Positions 1 through 14,920 of a stretch of 64,000 nt of DNA are shown here, in pieces. A model generated the notes under the pieces. That model was not told where the DNA came from and made no database searches. It saw nothing but the letters and a program-made list of their open reading frames with translations. The DNA is from the human T2T-CHM13v2.0 reference genome, Homo sapiens. Both the position numbers and the translations under genes were made by a program. How positions within the stretch are numbered: the stretch's first letter is position 1; the number at the start of each line of letters is the position of its first letter. Location: NCBI RefSeq assembly GCF_009914755.1, contig NC_060925.1. One strand, given 5' to 3'.

Positions 1-554
1 CTGAACCTATCCCCTCTCACACCAACAACAAATAACTACATCAATTATTCCCTCTCCTCTGGCAATAGCCTCTTCTCTCTCCTTGTTCATTCGTATCAGC
101 ATATAGACATGATCTTTGTCCTATCTAGCCATGATCTGATTTTTCTCTTTATAGTCACAGCCAAGATTCTCCCAATTTTAGTTTACTCTTAGGAGTTCTC
201 ATTTGTTTAATTGGAAATATGTCTTGCTGAGATTATTAATAAACTTCCATTTATCTGATTCAGGGAAACATTTTTCAGTTCTTATTTTGAACTCTGTGAC
301 ATTTGGCAAAATTGCTTATTTCTTATTTTGATCTGGTTCTTTTATCCCATGGAGTAATATTTTTTCAACATATTTTGGTTCTAAGTAGTTCTAATATATG
401 AATACAATTTTATTAAATCATAACTCTTCAAATAAACCTAGAATTACCATCAATGTACACTGAAGTGTGTATCAGTGTATACTACAGTGGTTTGCAAACC
501 TAAAGCAGTGATTAAAGCATTTTCTTCAAATGAAAATTTATGCAGAAGTTTGAT

Positions 555-1025
<471 letters not shown>

Positions 1026-1243
1026 CCTGCTCTTCTTTATCTAAACTAATCATCCTGATGAGCTCATCCAGTCTCATGACTTTAAAATAAATGCTTTCCA
1101 AATACTGAGGAAACTTCAATTTGTATCTTTAACCCAGACTTCTCCCTGAACTTCAGACTCCTATATCCAATTGCATCTTAGATGCATCTTCTTAAATGTG
1201 TAATAGGCATCTCAAATTTACCACGTTTAAAGTCAAACTTTTG
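1026..1243 (+). mobile_element. L2 fragment
   Basis: ctcatccagtctcatgactttaa...cccagacttctccctgaacttcagactcctatatccaa...aggcatctcaaattta matches the L2 3' region. Confidence 0.75.
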
Positions 1244-1549
<306 letters not shown>

Positions 1550-1551
1550 GA

Positions 1552-1847
<296 letters not shown>

Positions 1848-2311
1848 TTATCCAGGACTTTCCTGCCTGAGAGGTTGCGAGGCATTGTTGAGGACTTACC
1901 TGGCATCAGAGACAATGGCATCATAAAGGCATCAATTTGAACAATTTTGGAGTTTTCCTCAGAAATCCTTAGCAACATGGATACAGAAGCAGAGATGACA
2001 AACTGGTGGGACTGGTCCTCAGAATTGGGAGTTAAGCCAAGGATGGTGGAAGATCAAAGAGATGAGAGTGGTTGAACTGATAAACCATCAGATCTAGAAA
2101 AACAAGCGAAGATTTAAAAGTTTTAACTAACTGGGAAGAAAAAAAGAGGTACCACGGAATTAAAATTTGCATGAGGTTGAAGAACAGACAGTGGGAAATG
2201 AGATTGAAAGAGTTGGATAATTGTGAGGTTGTCATCAGAAAACGTGATGTTGCAGTTCAGATTTTCAGTGATGAGAAAGCTTTGGACAATGATAGAATAC
2301 AGGGAGTCCTC

Positions 2312-2391
2312 AGTTAACCCCTTCAGCCTCAAGATCCTTCATCTCCGATACACACCAGAGATGGGGGATCTTGAGGCTGAAGAGGTTCACT
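2312..2391. repeat. Inverted repeat / hairpin (30-bp core arms, 12-nt loop)
   Basis: 2316-2345 vs reverse complement of 2358-2387: 27/30 identical. Confidence 0.9.
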
Positions 2392-2799
2392 ATCTGCAAA
2401 GATATCTGATAAGTCGTTTAGTTCCAATACCCACATTCACATGAGTAATGGCAGGGCCAGAAGAATGGAGAAAATTGTTGCTAGGCAAGACAAGGGTGAA
2501 AGGATGAGTCAGGGATCAGGAATGGCCAAGCTATTTGGGAGTGCCTATACAGAAAGAGAAGGTTGCAATGTTTACATGTAATCGAGAATGTTAAGCATAT
2601 GGGGTTATCTGGCCTCAAAGATTGGAATGAAATCTTTTGTACAATCGTCCATTGCTAGCACATGCTGAGGCCCAAGTTTCTGTCAGAGGCTCACTGAGAC
2701 CTTCCTAAGCTACCGAATGGAATTTTTGTCAAAAGAGGTCTTGTGGTCTTGGCACAGGTTCAGGGGCTGGTCTGGACAAATAGGAGAAAGGAAATTGGA

Positions 2800-2990
2800 G
2801 AACCTACTGTGTACCAAACAGTATACTGACCACTTTACATAGATTATCTCATTTAATCCTGCCAACAATCCTCCTGTGAGATAACTATTATTATCACCTC
2901 CAACTGAGAAACAAAAGGAAGCTGAAGCTACTAGAATTAAGGGTCCAGACTTTGAACCAATAACTTTTTATGGGAAAGCATAATACTTTT
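2800..2990 (-). mobile_element. MIR fragment
   Basis: acctactgtgtacca...attatctcatttaatcct...aacaatcc...ttattatc, MIR core in reverse. Confidence 0.65.
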
Positions 2991-3029
2991 TCCACTGCAC
3001 AGTATAAGATTCATGCAATTTAGAAGGAA

Positions 3030-3330
3030 TTGATACCTCCCTCCCCCACATCCATGAATGGGCCCTGATGGACTTAAGGTAACTCTCATCATCCCTTCAC
3101 CTCAACCAGCAACCGCCTCCAGGATTGACATGAGTGTGGCTCCAGAAGCTGCTGGCAGGCACCAGGGGAACCTGCTTCAATCCTACAGGTAACACCAGAA
3201 AGTGGAATTGAGATGCATAGAGAAAAAGGAGGTCTTGGCCTTTCTTGAAGTCTACATCTGTACCATTATATGAGCCAATAAACTCTCTTTTGTGATTAAT
3301 CCAGCTTTGATTGGGATTCCAAACTGATTG
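3030..3330 (+). mobile_element. Old ERVL/MaLR LTR fragment (MLT1J/K-like)
   Basis: tgagccaataaactctctttt...ttaatccagctttgattggg resembles an MLT1 3' end. Confidence 0.45.
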
Positions 3331-5235
3331 AATATCAAAGTATGAAATGTAAACATTTGCAAACAAACCAAGGCCTTCAGGAAATATGTAAAGAGCAAAA
3401 CCTGCTTGGAGTGCACACCCACCTCCCTTTCAGCAACTCATTCTTGGTTTCCATCTACCTCCTCTGATAATGTCTAAAGATTCTCTAGGTGGTCCTATTC
3501 CTGTCTCAGGAATAGGGACATATGCATAAAAAACCGGGCAGTCCTCTTGTTTTCAACTTTGCCAAGCTTCTTCTCCCTAGACACTCACTCTTAGAAGTCT
3601 CAGAGTCAAAACAAGAAGAATTCAGGAGTTCCTCTTTGGCCCTGAGCTGACTCCTTGGCAACAGACTCATATCTCTCTGAAAATGTAAGCTTATCACACA
3701 GACGTAGAGGTTGCTTATTTAGAAGAAGAAGAATAAAGACAATAATAAAGCTAAAATATGGGCTGGGATAGGGTGCATAAGTTAGCTTCATTTGGTGCAA
3801 TGTGTGCGTAAACGCACTGTGTTAGTCTTAGATTTAAAAGGAAGGAAGAAAATGCAGGAAAAAGAAATGGGAATTTCTCTAGAAGAAGAATGTTTTTAAT
3901 TTTGCATGATATTTCTTTTTAAAATCGATACGCTAAAGAAGGCTTTTAAATATTCTAAATATTTTATCACATTTTTGAAAATGTCTATAAATACAGAAAT
4001 ACTCTTACCCCAAATTTTTATTTTCAGAAAGAAAAAGATCACAAAACTGGGTCAGTATTTGTTACTGATTCTTATATTACCTGCCAGAAAATCAGAATGT
4101 TAGAGCTGTGTTCTGTTTAGTTCCTAGGTTAAGACACAGAGTCCTTCCCCTAAACTTCCTTATAGTATAATAGAGTGAGTCATTGGACCTAAACTACATA
4201 TAACCTTTAGCAATGCAAGAATTATGATAACAAAGAGAATTATCTAGTAGGTCAGGAGTTGCCTGGCAGATAGGAGATGGAGATCATTTAATTTTAAGGA
4301 GATAAACTTGAGCTAATACTTGAAGGAGGGGAATATGACTGGACAAACAGAAGGAAGGCATCTGAAAAGCTGACACCTTGAGAGGTCGTTCCAGAGGTCC
4401 TGGAGGTGGAGGCAGAAATAGGTCTTATTACCCAGTCTTTGCATTGTCCCTCATACGTAGTGCTCTTTTTGCCTTCCTATGTCTACCACTCTTGCACACA
4501 GCATCTTTTTCTAATGTGCAGACAACCATCTGACCATCCGGAACTCTACACTGGCCCCTGGCCATATAATCCATTCAAGCAACATCACAGAGAGTGCAGG
4601 AGAGGCATCATAAAGGTGACAAAGTGACAAGAGCCCCGAGGCTCTGACACTTAGTAATATAAATATTTATGAAGCTAATAAGGACAGAGATATACTGATT
4701 TGGGTAACAAGGTGTCCTGAAAGGAATGTCAAGACCAGCTTTCAAAAACGGGGTTCCCCAGAGCCTCCCAAAGCCGCAGAGATGTGCTCAGGCAGCAGAC
4801 CCTGCTGACAACAGCCTGCATGAAATGCAAGGGCTAGGGAGCTGGCTATTTTTATCATCCTATATTGTTTATAGTTGGCAAATGCTTGATATTGTGTGAG
4901 AGTCTCCTCACAGAATTTATGAATCATTTTCCCCAGTCACAATTCTGAAACGAACATTCTCCTACGCATTTGTGCCAGACAGAAATTTCATTAGAAGTTT
5001 ATCCTCGGGGTGTGCGCTTTAGACCAACATTTTTTTTTTTACAGGCTCAGATCTGATGTCAGAACCCTGAGTTCTGGTCTCTGCCTCACCTCTTGCTAGC
5101 TTCTAACAGAGCTGTATCTGATTCTCTCTCTCCCTAGGCAGCAAGAGCATCTGTCCCACTCAAAAGAGCAGCAACAGACCTGGAGAAAGGAACTCCATTT
5201 CTTTCTCATTATATATATTCTCCATATGTTTAAAT

Positions 5236-5239
<4 letters not shown>

Positions 5240-5278
<39 letters not shown>
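5240..5278. repeat. (CA)19 microsatellite
   Basis: Read directly from sequence. Confidence 0.98.
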
Positions 5279-5279
<1 letters not shown>

Positions 5280-5695
5280 CAATGGAAACAAATGAAAACC
5301 AGACCTAAGTTCATTATTAAAATCCCGGCTATGAACTTCCATTTTCTTTCCTGGAAAACATTTTTTGGGGATCTTTTGAACTCTAATGAAAATGTGGTGA
5401 AATTCATAATTGAAATATGTTTTAAGCTGCCTAAATTGTCTTTGCCTGAAGGCTGATTATATACTTATTAAGATGTCTCTGACCCCAGATGGTGAGAAAA
5501 AAGTATATTAAGTCATTTCTTGTTTTATTTAAATATTTATTGAACATTTACCATTTTCATCAAATACCTTTAGAGCATTTTATGAGCATTTCAAACATGC
5601 AAGTTTTATCTCCTTTTTACAGATGGGATGACTCTACACAGAGTAGCTGAGATAGGCTGACTCACTCCTGTGCCAATCCCTTGACTAAAGTCCTC

Positions 5696-5718
5696 AAAAA
5701 AAAAAAAAAAAAAAAAAA
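5696..5718. repeat. Poly-A tract (~23 nt) with no attached Alu body
   Basis: Read directly from sequence. Confidence 0.9.
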
Positions 5719-7794
5719 CCAGATGGAGTTCCAGATTTTGTCTACAGAAAATAGTTCTGTTGCTACAGACAAAGCCTCAGCATTAAAAATGCCAAGCTCT
5801 CCCCTCTCTAAAACTCTGTATCATTTTTTGTTTTCTGGGTTTAGGTATGACTAATACCTAACATTCACAAAGAGACAAAATAGATATAGATAGGAATATA
5901 GATTAGTTTTAGATACAGATATGTATGCACAGAAAAAGAAGAAAAAGAATGTACAGCAAAATATTAATCACTGGATTATCACTGGGGAATCGCTGCATGT
6001 TGTGGTCAGCTTGTGTTTCCTATCTTTTGCTTTTTCTGTTTTTACATCATTTCAGTAAATATATAATTCAGGACATATAATAACATTTTTACAGTGCTTC
6101 CACTTTTCCCTTCCTTCCTGTTCCTTCCTGAACAATGCATCCTCAAGCTATTTATTGAGGTAGAGCAAGACAGGCTGATAGGGATAGAACGGGCCACCGT
6201 GCCTCCAAGCAGGTGTCAAGGCCCATGTGGGGTGAAGAGGACATGCATGCAGGAGGGATGCCTGGCATGGGGTATGGGAACCCAAGTGGTAAAGAGGCTG
6301 TCTGAGAGGTGGGGCGGCATGGGAATGAGGAGTCAGTGTGCCAGCAAGATGAGAAGGCCATGTCTGCAGAGGGCAGCCTAGTACTGGGAATCAGAGACCA
6401 AGCATGGTAAGGAGTGTGTCTACGCCAGGGGGCATGATCGGCGTGAGTTGGAGGGCGTTAGGAGGGCATCCACACACAAGGGAAGCCTGGCATGAGTTGG
6501 GGTCCAGGCAGAATGAAAAGGGTGGTCATGTCTAGGTGAAGTCTGACAGCGCATGAAAACCCAAGGGGCTAAGAAAATGCCCATGAAGATAGATGGGGGG
6601 CAGGTGGCAGCATAGAACTGGGTGTCAGAAACTAAGTGAGGAGAGAAGGCCTCTAGGTAGGTTGTTCTATTTGTCCCTGTCAACCACATAATGTCTTGAT
6701 AATGCTAATATTTCAGCCTCTTGATTATTTCTCCCAAAAAAGAGAAAAGATGTTTGGGTCCATGTCAACATGACATTGATGACATTGAAAAAAAGAAAAT
6801 CTGCCACTGAAGTCGTTTTGTGTCATAAAAAAAATGGTTTAAGTTATTTGGAAAAAAACTCTGTCACTGTTCATCCAGGTTCGCCGGTCACAGACTCTCC
6901 CTTGTCTCCCTGGGCTTGAATCAAAGCCTCCCCAGCTGTGTCTTTGTGATGAGGCCAGAGAGCATGGCTGTATTACTCTTGGCATTCATGCTCAGGCAGA
7001 ACAAAGGCAATCTGAATGTCTGATTCACCCCCACAGGGCTCTAACAAAGCAGTTAGGCTTTGGAAAAGGGTAAAAATTCAGCAGACACAAGACAAGCATG
7101 CTATCCCACCTTGATTCTCACGCCCACTGTAGATACTAATGATTGGGCATTAAATACTCCTTCCCACCAGGAACTCATGCCTCAGAATCTTTTTTAACAC
7201 GGGATTCCAATTCCCCATTACCAATCAGTAGAAGTTGCTACAAAAGATGAAATTTATTTGCCAACCTTGATATAAAAATAATTGAAGTTTTTGCTTGATA
7301 TGAGCTAAATCATATACTGGGGAAAAGAAAATGCAGCAAGATATCAAAATTTGCTCAAGATCTATGGGGAAGAGCAAGATGGAGACTGGCAACTGTGGAA
7401 ACATTTTCAAATCCTAGAATTTGTAGGGGGTAACTCTTGTCAAATTCAACATTAGCCCTCCACAGCCCCAAGAAACTCTGTAAGCGACCATTTACCTTAC
7501 CTTGGAGGACTGTATAATCAAAGGAATCAGAATCACCTGAAAGCTTCACAGCATGTCAAGAGCAAGACCCACACCACTCTCCCAGGAGCATATGGACCTT
7601 TTCTAAAACCAATTATTGGATAGCCACGCAACACCCAATGAGTGAGCTGCTTCTAGTACAACCATTTCTTTCAAAGCCCTAGGGAGGCACAGGAGCATCC
7701 AGGAGGTTTGGAGGAAGCAAAAGTATAAATCACATGATTGTTCTTTGCAAAATGCAAGAGAATGTATGTTAATAACATTCAAGCTTTGAGTAAT

Positions 7795-8012
7795 CATGGT
7801 AATAGCTACCATTTACGGAGAACTTCTCACTGCCTGGGTACTTTAGGAGCATTGGGTCATTTAATACACAATAACCCTTGAGGTAGGTAGTTTTAGCTCC
7901 ATTTTATAAATAAAGCACTACAGCTTATAGCCACAGGAAATTGCTCAAGGTCACACAGAACTGGGATCAAATTCATTTGGGCGTGCCCGTTTTGGAAGCC
8001 TGGGTCCTTAAC
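7795..8012 (-). mobile_element. MIR
   Basis: taatagctaccattta...ataacccttgaggtagg...ccattttata...ttgctcaaggtcacacag. Confidence 0.8.
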
Positions 8013-8969
8013 TTTATGTAAAATTTTTCCTCTACCCCATCCAAAAATGCAGTAAAGAGAAAGGATATTTCAAAGAAAGCAAATGCAGATGACATTTGGA
8101 AGATTAAAACTCCGTCGCTCACAAAACTGGGCATTTCCCCGGCAGGTCTTTCTTCTCCATGGGAAATCAAATATTCATTCACGAGAGCCTGTCTGTTGGG
8201 CAAAGAGAATGACGAACACTGTCTTCAAGAAGGAAAATGCTCTCATGGGGGAATGGAAAGAATCTGTAGCCCACTATAGCATCTGAGAGGTAGGAAAAGT
8301 AAAGAAAACTTCAGGATACACTCTCACCTTCTGTTGACTCTCAGAGGCAGATTTGTAACCAGAGATCCCAAGAGCTATGGGAGAAGTAGCCAGGTTGGCT
8401 CTTCAACTGACTTACAGTTAATCAGAGGAATCTAACAGAGGGAGCAATAGGAGAATGAAACTGCATGTTGGCAAGAACAAAGGAATAAACATCACTGTAA
8501 GTCTAATTCAAGTTCTGACAGATGCAAACCAAAGGCATGGTCAGTCATGCTGTGTTACCCTGTGATTCCAAAAGAAGAGAGGTTTAAATGGCATTATGTT
8601 ATTGGATAGACTTAAGTAAAGACACGAGCAGAAAATACAACTATAAGAAAGAGGAATGAGCAAAGTAACGGGAAGGGAACCAAGTCATTAGGGGCAAAGA
8701 TGGCCAACAGTCCAAGAAGAGAGGGTCAAGGGAGGGCTATAAGAAGTAACATAGAATAGCTAATAATGAGGATACAGAAGATAGCATAGAATAATGAGGA
8801 AGGAAAAGGCAGATTGGAGAAAAAAAGGAAAGAAGGGGTGGGGGCTGCTACGGCTTTAATGCAGCCACGTATCAAAGAGGAGCTGGTCAGAGTGAAGACT
8901 GCAGAGATCCTTTGTAGCAGCAGGGCTTTAAACATTTCAAGATACTATAAATTTCATATTTCTTTCGAG

Positions 8970-9185
8970 AAACATTCTAAATGCTTTACAAATATTAACT
9001 CATTTGATCTCATAGTAATTGAATGTTGTAAGATACAAAGTATTATTAACCCCATTTTACAGACGAGAAAATTGAAAGAGAGTTGAACTGACTTGCCAAG
9101 ATCACACAGGTAGAACATGGTGAAGGTAAGAGTTGTGCGCTGGCGGTTGGGGGCTGGAATACACAGGTCTTAACCACTCTCCCTT
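8970..9185 (-). mobile_element. MIR
   Basis: ccccattttacagacgagaaaattga...gacttgccaagatcacacag. Confidence 0.8.
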
Positions 9186-9483
9186 GTTGCCTTTCTGGTT
9201 TATTACACATCAGAAACAGACTGAATGCAAATATTTGATACCAAGGAGTTACATTTCTAGGTACTATATTATGGGAAAAAAAAATGCTATTATTAAAAAC
9301 CACCCATCAAGAGCAGAGAATATCTGTTGTGAGCTGAATTATGTTGGCCTCCCCAAATTCATACATTGAATTCTTAACCACCAGTACCTGAGAAAGTGAC
9401 TGTATTTTGGAGATAAGGTTTTTAGAAAGATGATTAAATTTAAAACGTGATCTTTACTAGTGTCCTTATAAGAAGTGGAGACT

Positions 9484-9632
9484 GGCCAGGTGTGGTGGAT
9501 CACACCTGTAATACCAGTATTTTGGGATGCTAAGGAGAAAGGATCACTTGAGGCCAGGAATTCAAGGATGCAGTCAGCTATGACTGTGCCACTGCACTCT
9601 AGTCTGGGCAACAGAGTAAGACTCCATTTCTG
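9484..9632 (+). mobile_element. Alu monomer (FRAM/AluJ-like)
   Basis: Single ~150-bp arm: ggccaggtgtggtgg...gcagtcagctatgactgtgccactgcactc...agactccatttc. Confidence 0.85.
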
Positions 9633-9690
9633 AAACAGAAAAGGAAAAGGAAAAAAAGGAAAGAAAAGAGAGAGAAAGAAAGAGAGAGAG

Positions 9691-9748
<58 letters not shown>

Positions 9749-9862
9749 GAAGGAAGGAAGGAAGATGGATGGAAGGAAAGAGAAACAAAGGAGGGAGGGA
9801 AGAAAGGAAGGAAAGAAGGAAGGAAGGAAGGAAGGAAGGAAGGAAGGAAGGAAGGAGAGGAG
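9633..9862. repeat. Compound (GA)n/(GAAA)14/(GGAA)9 homopurine microsatellite
   Basis: GAAA x14 at 9692-9747; GGAA x9 at 9818-9853. Confidence 0.95.
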
Positions 9863-10139
9863 AGATTAGGAAACAATCACACACAGAGGGAGGACTATGT
9901 GAAGACACAAGAAGAAGATGGCCATCTATAATACAAGCCAAGAAGACAAGAATACAGCCCACAAAAAAAACCATCCCTGCCAAAACCTTGATATCAGACT
10001 TCCAAATACATGTCTTTTAAGCCACACAGTCTGTGGTACTTTGTTGTGGTAGCCCTAGCAAACTAATACAGTGTACAGTAATGTAAACTACTAATTGCTG
10101 TGATTTGAGCTGACTACAAAAGGGTTTCTGAGAAACATA

Positions 10140-12395
10140 AATCCAGTAACACACAAACTGGATTTAGAGGCATTCAGATTAATAGTTGGAAGAATAATTA
10201 TTTATCCTCTTTTACTTATGTGAACTAGGATGGTAATAGCACAGAGGCAAGAGGATAAATGAAATTTAACTGTTGTAAGAATGCTATATTGTTTAGGAAG
10301 TGGTAGTTAATAAAATTAAGTCAAAATGCATGTTGTAATCTGCAGTAGCTGCTGAAAGGAAAATACAAACAAGGGTATAATTTAAAAGCTGATAAATGCG
10401 ACAAAGATAAATAATTTAAGAGAAAAGACTTATTACAAAAGAAGACAAAATGAAGCAACAAAGGAATAAAGAAGAAATGGGGCAAATAAAAACCAAATTG
10501 CAATGTGGTGGACCTAAATATAACTATGTTAAGAATTACAATTACATTGAAATGCATTAAACATTCCAATTAAAAAATAAAAATATTCAGACTGGACAAA
10601 ACCACTAAAGCCCAATAATATTCTTCTTACAAGATACCCTTTAATTAATTTTAAATAAGGATAGCCCTCAATTAAAAGAATGGAAAAACATACAGCATTA
10701 AGACTTTATCCAAAGGACAGTTGGTGTGACTATACTGGATAACAAAGTACACATTAAGTTAAGAAGTACTACAGTAGAGAAAGAGGGGTACAACATAGTG
10801 ATAAAAGGATCATGACATGAAGCTATAGTCCTAAAACTGTATGCACCCAATAACACAAATTCTAAATATAAAGAGTAAAAATTCACAAATGGAAAGAGGC
10901 AAATTCAAAATGGTAGTTGGGAATGTAAACACACTTCTCTCAAAAGCATAGGAAATGTGGACAAAATATCAGTAAGGATAGAGGAGATTTCAAACATAAA
11001 AATAATCAAACTGACCAAGCTGAAATTAATAAAACACTATATCCAACAGCAGAATATGTACCTTTTTGAAGTACATAAAGAATATACAACAAAATAGACT
11101 ATAAAAAGCCATAAAGGAAGTCACAACACATCTTAAAGGATAAAAATAACAGAGTATGTTTTATGACCAGGGGAGAATTAAGTTAAAAATAAATAACAGA
11201 AAGATAACTATAAACATTTCCAAATATTTAAAAATAAAATAAATAAAAATAATTAATGGGTCAAGAAAAAAATACAATGGAAATTAGAAAATGTTCTGAA
11301 GTAATAACGAAAACTCAACATAGCAAAACAGTGGCAAACAATTAAGACAGTACTTAGAGGAAAAATTTATAGGTTTAGATCATATATTTAAAAAGAGTAA
11401 GGTTTAAAATCAAATATCTAAGATTTTATCATTAGATGCAAGAATGAAAGATCAGCAAATGAAGCCCAAATAAAATATGATAAAGAACATAATAAAGAAT
11501 AATAAACATAAGAATAAAAATTGATGAAATAGGAAGCAGAAGCAGAATGATTTTTAAACTGGGTTTTTTGATAAGAATAATGTAATTGATAAACACTGAG
11601 CAACACCGATCAGGAAACAAAGAAGGTAGAGTTAGCAATATCAAGAACTAAACAATTATCTATAAATCTTATAGACATTTAGAAAATAAATATTATGAGC
11701 AATTTTATGCCAATAAATTTGACATCTTAGATAAAATGGTTAAATGTCTTGAAAAACAAAACTTGCTAAAATTAACACGAGAAAAAGTAGAAAATTTAAA
11801 TTGTCTAACATCTGTTAATAAAATTGAATTTATGATTTAAAACCTTCCTACAAAGAAAACTACACATTCAGATGGCTTCACTAGTGAGTTCCACCAAACT
11901 GTTAATGAAGAAATGATACCAAATTTATACTAACTCTTTCAGAGAATGGAGAGAAAATTCCCCAATTCATTTTAATATTAGCAAAGATAAATAATATACT
12001 AATTTTTAAAACCCTAAATAGTTAAAAATTCAAATCCAGAAACATATAAATGGATGAGAAATTGTTAGCAAGTGGGGTAGCTCCAGGTGTGTGCTGTCAG
12101 TTTAACACATGAAGGTCATTCAATGTAATTAATTTCATTAGTAAAATAAATATGAAAAATCCTGTAACCATCTCAGTATGCAAAACAAGTATTTAATAAA
12201 ATTTAACAACCATGTAAGATAAAAACTTTCAGAAAACTAGAAATATAAGGAAAACGTATTCACTTAATAAAGTGGTAAGATATTATACATATTCTCCCTA
12301 TAGTCAGGAACAAGACAATCATCACATCTATTCAACTTTCATCATTATTATTCCAAGACAGTGGAATAAAACAAAAATAAAAAATAAATAAAGGG
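10140..12395 (+). mobile_element. Old L1M LINE-1 fragment (inter-ORF region through ORF2 endonuclease/RT), degenerate
   Basis: A-rich strand with ORF2 motifs, e.g. attacattgaaatgcattaaacattccaattaaaa, ctgtatgcacccaataaca, cagatggcttcactagtgagttccaccaaac. Confidence 0.85.
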
Positions 12396-12402
12396 AAGAA
12401 AG

Positions 12403-12620
12403 TGCAGTAGGTTGAATAATAACAACCCGAAGATATTGAGTCCTAATCCCTGGAACTTGAAGGGCCGTGCCCATGGGCAAGGTGGTTCTCTTCAGCCACG
12501 GGCAATTCCCTGAGAGGGACTCAGCTGAGAGCTATCAGCTGCTGACCAACCTATCAGCTGGGGAAGTAAGAACTTCAGTTCTAAAAGGGAGATCTGGACA
12601 GTGGACGACCAGCTTCCACC
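12403..12620. mobile_element. MLT1D/E 5' stub joined to an LTR16-like (ERVL) fragment in reverse orientation
   Basis: gttgaataat...gtcctaatccctggaac, then gggcaaggtggttctcttcagc...gagggactcagctgagagc...gggagatctgg. Confidence 0.6.
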
Positions 12621-13634
12621 CTTCCGTACCAGGTCAGACTGACAACAGGCTGTTTCCAGAAGTCCCCTTGAAATCTATTAAATTGTTTGCAGGTGGTTTA
12701 ATGGTTTAGAAGAAAACAAAGTTTATTCCATATATATTTTACATTAGAAATGTAAAAATAAATTAAGACTTTAACAAAAATCTTTTGTATTTTTAATAAT
12801 GGTTACATTCTTAAATGATCTGTGTATGCTAAAATGGCTGGGTGAATCTCATTATCTTGGTTAGCATGCAATTATTAGATCCAGGGCATCCTGGCTAATA
12901 TATTTTCATGTCACTGGCATATCGTGTTTTATGTTGTTTCATTTATATTTTTCTCATTATTATTTTGATGCATTGCATCACCAAATGACAAAAAGGAATT
13001 ACTGGCTCAAACATGGTGCACTGATGCATGAAAGTAGTGATGAAAATAGAACCTAATTACAACTAAGAATAACGATAAATATTAAGAAGGAAAAGAATTC
13101 CAATACAATGTGTGTTCTGAGACAAATCAGGATTTTGCAGCAGCTGATAAACATATGAGCAGGAAATATAATAATGAATAGACAAAAACTGCATTTCTTT
13201 GGGTATTTGCTTCTAGTGCTTCTAGTGTGTTGCCTGTTATACTTTGTCAAATATTGGCAGAAAACCACTGAATCAGTGTGTATCAATTTGCAAAGGCAGT
13301 CCGCTAACTTGTAAACCAATTTAGTTGTCCTGGAAGAACTGTAAAATAATGCTTTTCAGTACAAAAGTAATGAGTTTAGTCACTAAAAGTAAGGAAGAGA
13401 CCAAATCCACAACGTCATCATTCTAAGTTGCTTTTCTTACAGCAAAAATAGGACAAGTTACATGACTGCCAAAAGTCTTATAAAATAGGAGCAGAGTTTA
13501 TGAAATGATGCCCAAAGAAAATGCAAAACATGCTATTGGCACAAATCCTTTCTGAAATGGAACGTCAAGCAAAGAAATGGCCTCTAATGGGGAGGAACAG
13601 TCCCATATGTGTGTGCAAGAAAATAATTTGCTTT

Positions 13635-13968
<334 letters not shown>

Positions 13969-14562
13969 TCACACTTGGCAAATGTACAGTACACATAAGA
14001 GGGATACTTCTATCTATTTATTACTAAAAAATCAATACTATTTAAAAATAGCAGCAATTATTCATTGGCCTGATTTTTAGACTGGAAAGATGTGTGTTGG
14101 TGTCATTACTAACACAGCACCAATCTCCAGCATGGAAAAGTGAGCTTCCTAAATGGGAACCCCTAAATACCAATCTTTATACTTCTTTATTCACAGGTGA
14201 TAGTTGGGGGTCAATGATGTGCCTCTGGACCTTGATTCAGTGTTGAAGAAAATAGTGAAAACTGTTGAAGCACTTGTTTTTCCTTAGTGTACATGTTTGA
14301 ACATGCTGGGCAAAGAAATGGACAGCAAGGATAAGACCCTGCCATCTGCAGAAGAAAAAAACTCACATGAGCAATATGAGTTTCTGAAGTTAGCAGAGAA
14401 ATAAGAAAACATTTCATTATGACATAGCAATTGTAGTAAAGACTATTTCTCTGATTTCAAGTGACTTAATTGAAGAGATTAACTCAGCAATACATGCATG
14501 GTCATAAATAACCTGCATGTATCCCACGAGGACTCAAGTGTCATGATTTTAATCAAGATTTA

Positions 14563-14920
<358 letters not shown>

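Larger units (their letters stand above)
9325..10070 (+). mobile_element. MLT1 (A/B-like) MaLR solo LTR interrupted by an Alu monomer and a purine microsatellite
   Basis: Start tgttgtgagctgaattatg...ccccaaattcatac; end ctgtggtactttgttgtggtagccctagcaaactaataca. Confidence 0.85.

Noticed and set aside
4522-4615. Candidate plus-strand exon (tgtgcag|ACAACC...AAAG|gtgaca)
   Set aside because: Moderate splice signals, unrecognised peptide and no partner exons; expected by chance in 64 kb
9339-9983. 214-aa hydrophobic ORF resembling a membrane protein
   Set aside because: It is the reverse translation of the GAAA/GGAA microsatellite plus Alu and MLT1 sequence
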